Positions 24,751 through 35,830 of a DNA stretch of 64,000 nt are shown one piece after another. The notes beneath the pieces are model-generated. The model saw nothing but the letters and a program-made list of their open reading frames with translations. It did not search any database and was not told the DNA's origin. The translations under genes were made by a program, and so were the position numbers. Positions within the stretch are counted from its first letter, which is position 1, and every line of letters begins with the position of its first letter. The stretch lies in assembly GCA_028534125.1 (NCBI GenBank), contig CM052819.1, positions 18,042,001 to 18,106,000 of the forward strand, given 5' to 3'. This DNA comes from Lama glama (Eukaryota).

Positions 24751-25299
24751 NAATGTAATTAGCTGTTTACTGGCTATTACTGGCTCAGGTCATAGCTGAG
24801 ACTTTACTTTCAAGGATATGAACTCCTAAAGAAGTATTTTAATCAACCCTTTTATATTCAGTCACTAGTGTGGAACCATTTTGGCCCCTCACAATTAAGC
24901 CACTGGAAATTTTCAAGCTGATCTGAGTTTATAAGAAGCATCTTGTGGAAACCTATCAGTTTCCTTTCTTAAAACATCCAGCTCGGGGTTCACTGATTCT
25001 TCATTTCGGGGAATCATAGCAGCAATTTTCTTGCCCCTCCCCCAACCTTTTCTCTCTTCATCATTTCTAAATAAATTCTTGTCTCTCAACGTAGACTTAT
25101 ATTCTTAATATTTTCCAAACACACATACACACGTAGAACAAATAAGAAGCTACCCATCAAGGTCAAGGTCAACTAGAAATTTTATGATTACTCTTACGTG
25201 GACAACCTATTTGAAGGAAGATAATAATTTAGATAATAAGCAATGCCATGTTGGAAAACGGCACTAGAAATGGAAATTAAGTGGAATGGTAGAAGACTG

Positions 25300-25445
25300 T
25301 TCATAATTAGAAGGGCTAACAACACTGGGTGCTTATATGCCAAGCACTGTTTTAAGGATTGGATATGCCGTCCACAATTTCACTCATTTAACCCTCACAA
25401 CGACCCTCTGAGGTAGTTGCTACTATAATCCCCTGTTTATGAAAT
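25300..25445 (-). mobile_element. MIR fragment
   Basis: gccaagcactgttttaagg...ctcatttaaccctcacaacgaccctctgaggtag. Confidence 0.8.
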
Positions 25446-25449
25446 AGCA

Positions 25450-25488
<39 letters not shown>
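25450..25488. repeat. (ATT)n microsatellite
   Basis: About 13 perfect units are visible. Confidence 0.95.
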
Positions 25489-27499
25489 TAGAAATTTAGG
25501 CTACTTTTTAGGTATTTTAAACAATTCTTGCATCAGGGCATCCTGTGTGGAGTAAATGGTCTCTAATAATTATCAAGTCAGGTACTTCTTATCTGTACCC
25601 TATCTTTTTACAAAATGGGAGTTGAGGCAACTTACAATACAAAGTCAAGTAGTTGAACAAGGACAAGTGATGTCCATGATAAAGGGGATGGGGTGGGGTC
25701 AGAGGTGGGTAGAAAATGGTGGTTTCAGAGAATTTAGGGCCTGACATAGTTACTGTACCCGAGCCCAGGGCTTCGTGCTTCACTGGCACCAGGCACTGGT
25801 GCGATGTTGGTGAAATGTGTCTTGGCTTCTGATATTTCATCTTTTACCCTTGTTCCCTGCCCGGCTACTGGCACTTAATGCTGATGTTTCTCTCAGGCCT
25901 GTCGCCTAAGGCTCCTTCCCTCTAGGGTCTCTTAGCTGGATGTCAGCTCATCTCTTAGAAGTCACAGCTTGGTATCGGCTTAAGACACTACCTCTCCCAA
26001 GAGAGTAGGAATAAATGAGAACGCTTGGAAGACTTGAAAAGGTGCTACAGGGATTTATTGTTATTATTAATCAGACATTCAAAGCAGTAATACCTTTAAA
26101 CTAGGGAACTGACTCCTGTGGTGTCTCAGGCAGCTAGGTAGGCTGTGAGGATGTTTGGATGATATTTGGGGTGAGGTGCCAACTTGGGACTCCCTAGCAA
26201 GACCGTGTGTAAAGCAGGCGTTGCCTTGCATTAGGAAGAGAGGAGAGGAGAAGGCAGGTAAAGGCAGAGCCCCACTGAGTCTGTTTGCAAGAAGAGGAGT
26301 GGAGAAAGAGGCCTCTCCTTGCTGCCCTTCTAGCCATGGTTAGTACAGTTCATCTTTATAAACATTTATGGGGTGCCTGTTGTGTGCCAGCACTGTGCTG
26401 GATGCCAGAGGTACCACAGTGACACAGACATGGCCCTGCTCTTGACAAATTGATGGTCTATCAGACGACAACAAGAGGCAGCTCCTCTCCATGACTGTTC
26501 ACACCCAGATACTCACTTTTAGAGGGAATCGGGCAGAAATCTGGGAGGAAGGGGGTGCACACCTGTCTGGAGATCACCCCTGCAGAGGGAGAGGCAGAGT
26601 GTGTGGGGTCCTGGTAGTCAGAGAGGGTGTAGGACGAAGCCAAGGCCAGAGTCACGATGTCCTGTGTTCATTAATTGGCTTTTCTGGCCGTAGAGGGCAT
26701 CTCCTCTAAATCTGTTAGTTTACAGATGAGGCAGCTGAAGCCCATGAGAGATAGTGATTCACTGGGCAGAGTGGCAGAGCTAGAAATAGAACCCAGATGC
26801 TCTGATGCCCTATTCATGCCACATTTAGGCCTAAGCCAGGGGGGCTTGGCAGCTATTAAAATGAGGACACACCTAGGGGAGGGGACATTTCAGTCTTATG
26901 AGTCATTTACACTTCAGGCTTAGTGACTTTGTCAGAGCCTCTAGGAGAAAAGATTTGGAAAGAGGGTGAAGAGAGATGAGCAGCAGGCACCTGGGGTGGG
27001 GAAGAGCCTGGTGGCAGCCACTGAAATCAAGTTCTGCAGACTCACAACATGACTCAGTCCTGCACAGCCCCGGGTCCCTCACACGGGTGCCTTCCTGCTC
27101 CATCACTTAGGCTGACAGGACAGAAAACTCCTCTGACAAAAGAAAACTAAGCCCTGTAGTCTTTGAGAAATTCTGAGTGTTATGTCCGTTCATCCAACCC
27201 TCTTCTCCACAGAGAGACAGGTCCCAAAGGCAGCCCAGGGGCCCAACCCACAGCTGAGTCAGTGATGCTTACAGACATGCAGGAAAGGCGGGATCCGGAA
27301 GCCCCGGCTGGCCCATCTGGGGCCCCGTGGAGGGGGCAGGGCAATGACAGCCTAGGTGGGGAGTGGGTGCTCCCAGGCAACTCTCCTTCCTCTGAACCCT
27401 AACCCTCTGAAGAGGTGGGGAGGCCATGCAGCTGCCTGTGGCCTTCTGGGAAAACATCCTCTCACTTAGATCAGCTGCATTAAGAGCTTGTGGCAGCAC

Positions 27500-27910
27500 T
27501 GTTAGTTGTGGCGACACTTGGTCCACCAGCCCTTCTGTCCAGCCACCTTCCAGGTAGGGATGCTCATGTGACCCCACTGGGCCAAAAATGTGTAAGCAGA
27601 AGCTGTTGGATGGAGCTTCTAGGAGATCTTCTTTCCAGGTTAAATAAAGGAGGTGACAGATTCATGTGTTACACATGCTCTCCCTACTCCTTTCTCCTTC
27701 TGAGAACATGGATCTGTGGCAGCCTTTTATTATCATGACAAACTAACATGACAAGGATGGCAGAAAGAGCCTGAGTCACTATTGTCATCACCAATTTTCT
27801 GTACAAGCTCTGGACTGATCCTCAGATTTCTTAAGAGTGAGGCCAATACAACCCTATTTGTGTAAGTTACATAGTTGGGTATTTTCATGGTTTCATAACA
27901 AGAAACAATC
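27500..27910. mobile_element. Old MLT1 (J/K-like) LTR
   Basis: catgtgaccccactgggccaaaaatgtgtaagcagaag...aaggatggcagaaagagcctgagtc. Confidence 0.6.
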
Positions 27911-28079
27911 CTGGGATTCAAGGCAATCTGATGCCAGAAAACCTTTCCCATCTCACCTCCTGCCAGTCTCTAAATCCCTTTCCTCCAAATGGAACATCAC
28001 AGTCCTCCCCTGACCTGGTTGCACACCCTGCTCCACGCTCAAGCCTTGTCGTACCAGCACCACAACACAGAAAACCACC

Positions 28080-28800
28080 TCTTATCTGTTGATTTGCTCA
28101 GATGCTTCCAGTTGCCTCCTAACTTGACTCCCAGCCTCCACCTTTGCCTCCCTACAGTGTATTCTCAGGACAGCAGATAAGAGGTCTCTTTAAAACACCA
28201 GTCAGATCACATCCCTGTTCTTTGCAAAATCCTCCAGCGAAGCCTCATTTTTCCAAAGTAAAAGGCAAAGTCCTTGCAATGGGCTATAAGGCCCCGTGTG
28301 ACCTTCCTGCCCCTCTCCAACCTCACCTCCTACTGTTCTCCTCCTCTCTAACCCTTCTCCCCCACTGGTCCATTGACGTTCCCCGAGAGTGTCAGGCACT
28401 CTCACCTACAAGTCTGCATAAGCAGGTCCCTCTGCTAAAATGCTCCTCCTCCTTGCCTTCTTTCAAGTCTTTGCTCAAAAGAGACCTTCTCATCAGGTTT
28501 ACTTGGACCACCCTAATTCACATTGCCAACCAAACCCATCCCCTACATTCAGCCCTCCACTCTCCCTTACTCTGTTCTATTTTCTTCTATTATCTCTCAT
28601 TCACTACTAATATACTATAAAATTTACATATTTGTCATGCATATTGCTTATGGTTTATTTCCTCTTGCCATAATGAAAGCTCCCTGAGGGAAGGGATTTT
28701 TCTTTTTGTTGTTGTTGCTGTTGTTAGCTGATTTCTTTTAAGTGCCCAGAATAGTGCTTTGTATATAAATATTTGTTGAGCATATGAATAAATTGATTCA
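28080..28800 (+). mobile_element. L2a 3' end
   Basis: agtcagatcacatccctg...aaagctccctgagggaagggattt...gtgcccagaatagtgc...aaatatttgttgag. Confidence 0.88.
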
Positions 28801-29714
28801 TGTAAGATCACTATGGCACTGAGGACCTACTATGTGCCAAACCCTCTGAGTCCTGGGGATGTGGTGGGAACGAGATATGATCCTGGCCCGTGGAGAATCT
28901 ACAGCTAAGTGATTGCTGACCATCCCTGTTACCCGACTTGGACAAGTCTCACTAATAGGCAGAGGGTAGATTTATTACATAAAGGAAGAATAAGAACTGA
29001 AATATTAATTTCTGCAGGGCTACTTCATTACAGTCCCATCCATAATTCATACAGAAAGGGAAATAGATTGGGTCCAGGGTTTGAAGAACTTTACACAGAA
29101 AGCTGTTACTACAATGAGCAGGCTGACCAGGGTCGGAATTTGAAGGGCTTTTTCTCCCTGAGAATGCAGGCCAGCCAGCTGATCATGCCCACATTTGATT
29201 CCAACAGAAAGCACTCTCACCTTTTTGACTATGGCTGAAAAAAAATCAGAATCCAAGACATGATGTTATTGGACCAACGGCATCAACCAGCTCCCTTGGG
29301 TATGAAGTTACAGCCATGGTAACTTTCTTTGAACTTAACAATGAAGGGGAGAATTTAAATAAAACCCTTAGGCCAGTATTCCTTTTCATGCGAATCTAAT
29401 TGGACTTGATCATCGGATTCAGTTTTGATAAGTTTGCTGTTGAGTTTTTGGAAGGTTGGACAGTTCCAGTAAAGGCTGCAAAGGATTCCTCCCTTTACTC
29501 AAATGTGTAAGGGCAATATAGCTTCTTTTTTTTTTTTGGACTTTGTGCCTTTTTTTTTTTTTAAAGAGATAGTCACTTGGTCTTTTTGTGTGTGGGGGGG
29601 TTATAAAGCATAAGTATCATGGAGATTTATTTATTTTTATTAAAAAATACTGTGATGAATAATTTTTATTGTGTGTTTTGACTGTGCTTATCTCTTTGAT
29701 GGAAAAGTACTTTA

Positions 29715-29846
29715 NNNNNNNNNNNNNNNNNNNNNNNNNNNNNNNNNNNNNNNNNNNNNNNNNNNNNNNNNNNNNNNNNNNNNNNNNNNNNNNNNNNNNN
29801 NNNNNNNNNNNNNNNNNNNNNNNNNNNNNNNNNNNNNNNNNNNNNN
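29715..29846. other. Assembly gap
   Basis: Run of N. Confidence 1.
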
Positions 29847-31149
29847 ACACGGCCCCTTGATTTATAGCATTTGCCAGATTAATCAAGATCTGCTGTTATT
29901 ATAAAAGGTTGCTGTCTCTTAACCCTATAAACCCCAAGAGGCAGGCATATCAAACAACACAAGGAATAAACCTGCTTGACTCTCAGACACACTCCAGAAA
30001 GCAATTCATCTGTATTCTGTCTACTCATGTATTTCTATCTTGTCCTACCCTGTCCCAAATCTTGTGGAAATGTGTAGATTCTTGGCAGCAGCAGAAGTCT
30101 CTCAGAAACCTCTGTTAAACCCACTGAAAAGCAGAGTAAGCAGGGAGGTGCATACCAAGCCTTTAGAATTTCAATGGTTTGGAAGTTTGATCGCCCATAT
30201 TTTCCTTATCTTTGCACATCAAGTTTTCATCTAGGTGCCTTCCAGCCTGTGCCTCACTAGAGGGTGATGTGCTACCAAGGGCCTTTGGATCAGGATCTCC
30301 TGGCTATGCCACTTACTGGCTGTGTGACTTTGAAGAAGTCAATTAAATTCTCTGGGCTTCATTTCCTTATCTTTAAAATGGGCACAATAACAAAAGTCAA
30401 ATATATGACACATAGTAGCACTGCATTCTGATACCTGGCTTCTCCTCCCCAACACACACACACTTAGTTTCTCCTAATTTACACAGTGTTTCAAGTTTGC
30501 TTCAAGTTTCAGCATCTTTGTCAATGTAGCCTTTATCATGAACTACAGTGTGTGATGCTATGTTGATATGTGGATGCCATTCTATCTCTGCAAATATATT
30601 GAGAATATTTGAGAATGGTGATTAGGTGTTAAATTTTGTTTCTTTGATTTCCTACATCATGTAACTGCTTTATGGATATTTAATGACTACTGACTTAAAA
30701 AAAAGGAAGGGGCAGACAAGAAAAAGAAAGAGAAGTCTTATAGGTTATCTTTTTGGCTTATTTGGAAATCCTATGTTTAGTTTTCATTATGCTGGCATCT
30801 CCTGCCGTTCCTCTGAACTGAAGTTATCATGGAAGAATATCCTGTAATGTTCCTCTCCAGCCTCTGCATCGTGCTGTAATTTTCCTTTCCTGTGTTCTAC
30901 TGCCACTACAAACCACCTTGGCCTCCTCTTGCTGGCCCCATCCAATCGGAGGGCACAGGTTAACAGAAAATTCCTTATTTCTTGGGAATCTGCTGATTCT
31001 GTGTCTGAAATGCCCTCTGCGCCTGCCCCTTCTCCCCGTCCCCACAACTACTCCCCTGGGTCAGGTATTCTTCTTATCTCATTTGAATTCAGTCCCACAA
31101 ATGTCCATCTCTCCCCACCTGCCCCATAACCTCTGCTGCTGGACTAATT

Positions 31150-31680
31150 TGACTTGGGGAGAGCCCCCATCATCTCAGTACCTCTGATGATGGAATCAAA
31201 TCCCTCAGTCTGGTCCCCAGCACCCTCCGTGACCTCTCCACACCCAGCTCTTTCAGCCTCACCTCCATCTCTTCATGCCTCCCAGGCCTCATGCTAACCA
31301 AGCCCATGTGATCCATCTTATAAGCCTCTTCTGCCCTCTCTTCTACTGCTCATGTCAACCCGTTCCTTGGTTGCCCGATAGTGCCCCTGTCTGCAGCTCT
31401 GGACCCTGTTGGCTTTCAGGCATAGCTCCTGTGCCTCTTTGCCATCAAGCTTCTCCAACCTTCAGCTGGAGCAAACACCTTTTACTGGCAACCCTTAGGC
31501 TTATGAAGACATCTTTGAAAACATTTATCCCTCTCAATCCTGTCTTATATCTAATATAATATTTTGTATATTTTATATTATAAAATTTCTATTTTTGGAT
31601 GTCTTTTCTCTCTTACCTGACTATATTGTAAGCATCTTGAGGACAGAATGCATGACTGTGTCTTTGCTTTTAAGAGTTTT
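31150..31680 (+). mobile_element. Diverged L2 fragment
   Basis: aatcaaatccctcagtctgg...ctatattgtaagcatcttgaggacaga. Confidence 0.6.
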
Positions 31681-33339
31681 CTTAATTTTTTCCCCCATTA
31701 TAAACCCAATGCATTTGATTTTCTGGGTTGGAGGAAAGACACTTGTAAACAGTGAGGAGCTGGAGTCCAATAGCCTTGTAGTTTCTTGGCGAAGGAGATA
31801 GCAAAGTCAAGGTTTTAAAGTAAGAGTTTCGAGAAATCTTTTTTTAGAAAGTAATAATAATTTGTTTATTTTGATCAGCTTACATACTTCCATTTTCAGT
31901 TATAATTCTATAGTGAATTCTACTATCCAAAAAATTCTGCAGGCACATTACAGAAAATAGGGGAAATTCAGAAGTCAGAGCAAGGGAAAATGTCTTCACA
32001 TTGTGTCTAACACATTGCCTGACACATTAGACTTCCACTAAATTATCTTGGAGGAGTGAATCGATGAAATCAAGCTTTGAAGGAGATACGGGGCTTTGGA
32101 ATGAGAGGACCAGAAGCATGGAAGCCTAGGACAGGCTTCCTGAACAGCCCGTGGAGTGATAGGCATGAAGGGTGACAGGAAGCCCCACTTAGACCTCTCC
32201 CAAAGATTCCCAGCTTGAGTGCCACTCAGTCCGAAATGGCATATGAAAATCCTTTTCTCTACTCTGCTTAGTCAAACCACTAACAGACCTGGAGGGCTAA
32301 TGCAATTTTACACAAACAAGCTTGTGCCACAGTTTTTGCATCCTTTCCTCCCTGGAGTGACTTCCTAGGTCCAGAGGTAGGACCAGGAGGAATCACATAG
32401 GGAGAGAAGTCACAGACATTGACAACAATCCTTTAAGATGACCGTGCCAGCTTTTTGTCACTCTAACCAATCCCGGAGGCCCAACCCACGTTTTTCCTTG
32501 CCCTCCCTCATCCCAAGGACAGGACTTCCCTGTTTGCCTCTAGTCTCTCTCTGCCCTTCTCTGTCACTCAGCCCTTATAGCACCTCTCCAGACACAAGAG
32601 CCGTGGGGACTCCTCCTGGCATGGGGAGAAGTGGGTTTCAGTCTGCCCAAGGCTCACACTTGGTGTCTGTGGTGAGAGCACCGGCTGGTGGGCACAGGCT
32701 CAGCAGACTCCCCTGCACCCCGCGGTGGCGTGCCCCTCCCCCACCTCAGCTGGCTATTGAGCCAGATCCGGCCTGTGAGAATTTCTTATGACAGCAGTTA
32801 ACATTAGCGTGAGACCCTGTAGCATGTCATGCTTGCAAAACGTTTTGAGGCCTTCAGGTGGAAAGTGCTATAAATGCAAAACAGCCTCTGCCAGATCTTG
32901 TTCAGCCCATCAGCAAATGATGGGTGAGTTACTGTCCTGTCCCAACGAGTCCCTTGCAATTTGATCAGATGATTTGTGAAAATCAGAGCAGAAGCAAGGT
33001 CCTTTCCCTTGCTTTCTTCGTGGTGCAGATGGAAGAGGACACAGTGAAAGTACGGCTGCCCTGATTCTCAGTCTAATACAGCAAAATAAAATATTTCCTC
33101 TTCATGGACAGTAATCTGTGACTAATTAGATATAAATGCATTCTGGCTGACCAACTCCAATCCAGAGGTCAGCTGCTATGTTTTCTATGGGATCAAAAAG
33201 AGAGAAGGCAAATGCTCATCACAGGGAAATGAGCATCCTTACCTGGGATGCTTGGCCGAGGCTGTATTAGTATCTGTCTGGATGGGTCTGCCCGGAGCCA
33301 TCTTCCTCACAGTTAACTCATCTTTTGTGAGTCCACTCA

Positions 33340-33605
33340 AAAATCACTCCCTCCTAAAGGCCTTTCTCCACCCCCTGCTTTCTGTACAGCCAGGCACCAG
33401 CCAGAGGATGTGTCACAGTCTTGTGTGCCCTTCGGGTATGCGTCGCTTCTTCAGTGTTATCATCTCACACTTCATTCAGCCTGTTCCTCCCACTAGACTT
33501 GGACCTCCATGACGACAGGACTAGGTCTGCCTCAATTCCCCGTTACTGCTGCAGCCACAGCGGGTGCTGCTAACAGAGGCTCAAAAACTTTTGCATGAAT
33601 GAATC
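33340..33605 (+). mobile_element. L2 3' end fragment
   Basis: cccactagacttggacctccatgacgacaggact...ttttgcatgaatgaat. Confidence 0.65.
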
Positions 33606-35589
33606 TCTCAGTGTTAACACTGGGATGGACAGTGAAGCCCCCAGAGGTGACACATCGTGACCAAAGACACAGTATTCCTTGTGTTAAATCGGATTTTCCC
33701 GATTTCTAGTCCTATACTCACTCGTGGGCCCCCTCCCCTCAGAATGAAAGGGATCGCTCCCAGAACCATCCTGGTCCTTGGTGCAGCCTCAGATTCCAGG
33801 ATGGTAATCAGTGGACATGGGGCGGCAGGAGGAAGGGGACGCCCAGCAAGGGTCCTGTCATATTCAGCTCTCTCAAACTGTTAATGCAACCCTGCTTCCT
33901 TTGAGGCGCGGGGATACTGTATTGAGCTAAAGATCTAAGCCTTTAACCCAGAAAACAGCTGATCTCTAATAGAAGAACATTTTGAGGCCTGAGGCAGCTC
34001 AACAGGCAGAAAAGTAGGTCAAGTTAAATTCCGTACGCAGGGAGATCTGTGGCTCAGTGATGGGAGGTGTGTTACGATCCCACTGATAGGCTCTTGGGGA
34101 AAGAAAGATTCTCCACCCCCATGTCACCAAACCGGAGGTGGGAAAAAATAAAAGGACTTTACTGACTAGAAACATCTCTTCTGTTTAGGAAAGAAAAAAT
34201 AGCGCTTTAGAGTGTTCAAAACATAATTTCCATCAAGAGCAAGGCCATAAACATAACAGCACGAATGGTACAGAAGGACGTAAAGAGCCAGGTGGACCAG
34301 GAAACACACTGTCTTTAAGTTAAACAGCTGGGTTCTCTCTTATGGTCACTAGAAAATTACAGAGGGGAGTTGTTAGCTTGGCATTTCCTTTTTCAATAGT
34401 AAATCAATGAATCCTTCATTTTCACTAAATTGTTTTCCTGCCCTCCAGGGAAAATATAACACAAGCATAATGCAGATGTGGAAAGGAAAGGCTGGGCTGG
34501 GACAAAACATTTAATTAAATCCCCTTTTATAAAACAACCTTCCTTCAGCTTGACAAATGGATGAAGCAAAATGTGCTTATACAGGCAAAACAATTATCCA
34601 AGTTCATAACAGTTTAGAACTCGCAGGGATCAATCGCAGGTGGCAATTCATCCTACTATTTGTCGGGTGTGTGCTGGGGAGGGGCCCCGGCGGGGAGGCC
34701 AGTCACCTCAGGAAGGTGGCTTCAGAGCAACAATGCTGCACTCCCTCCATGGAGCAGAGGTTTGTGTGGGATTTGGAGGGGCCCAAGGGTCTGTGTTCAA
34801 GGTGCAGGGTGGAGTTGGGTTCTGCTGAGTGTCCCCACTCCCGCATGTGTGTGTGTGTGCGCGTGTGAACATGCACGGTAAGAATGGGAGGGGAGTGTTG
34901 GGAACTCCACACAAGAATTACACTCCAGTGCACAGCCCGCAGTCATCTCTGACTTCCAGCCTGAGGAATCGTCTAGTCTAGTTGTTCAGAAACCCATGTC
35001 TGAGATTCACAAACACCTGGGGAGTTTTAAAAAACACAGATCCCCAGCCCCACTCCAGACAGTGAAATGGGTCTCCCAGGGAAGAGGAAGAACATAATTT
35101 TACACACGCTCAGCCTGGAATGACCCACAGGATTTGGGGCCCTTGGTCTGTCCGGTGCCTTCCTTTGGAAGCTGAGGAAACCAAGGTTGGGATTGCTTGA
35201 GCCACATGGTTCTCAAACCCCTGATGGCGGAGTGGACCCCAGTCTCCAGTGCCTCAGCCCCTGGGCCGCCCCAGAGACACACCCACCGTCTGTCTCCAGG
35301 GATGCCTGCTAGAGGACTCAGAGGCTCCTCTGACTGAGGAAGTTCAGGCTACTGGCTGAACTCAAGCCTCCCGGTCTGGGCCCAGGGCTACTGTTGCAAT
35401 AAGATGCTGCTTCCTATGTCCTCACTAAGGTCCTTCCATTTGTTGATTCAGTCACCTATGCAGTTGTACAATTTGTACAGCATTAGACTTATGTGACTGC
35501 CCACTCTGTGCTCCCTACGGCTGCAAGTGCGGTGGGGCGATAAAGATACATGAGCAGTGTCTGTCCCGGGGAGACCATGCTGCCTAACA

Positions 35590-35830
35590 GCAGTGACAAC
35601 AGTCATTACACCCAACAATTATAAGAACTTATGCAAGGCACGATTCAGAGCTGTATCTGTTAACTTAATGCCCCGCAAACCCTGAGCAGTAGGATTGTCC
35701 CTATTTTGTCCCCATTTTGCACATGACAAAATAGAGGCACAGAAAGACTTGCCTCAAGTCACACAGATAAGGAGACCTAGGATTTAGTAGATGCTAATCG
35801 GGTTCCCGAGCCTGTCCTCCTAGCCACCAC
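35590..35830 (-). mobile_element. MIR SINE
   Basis: ccccattttgcacatgacaaaatagaggcacagaaagacttgcctcaagtcacacag. Confidence 0.8.

Noticed and set aside
30253-30270. CTCF-like motif (tcactagagggtga), with a similar one at about 26686
   Set aside because: Several mismatches at core positions; not supportable without data.
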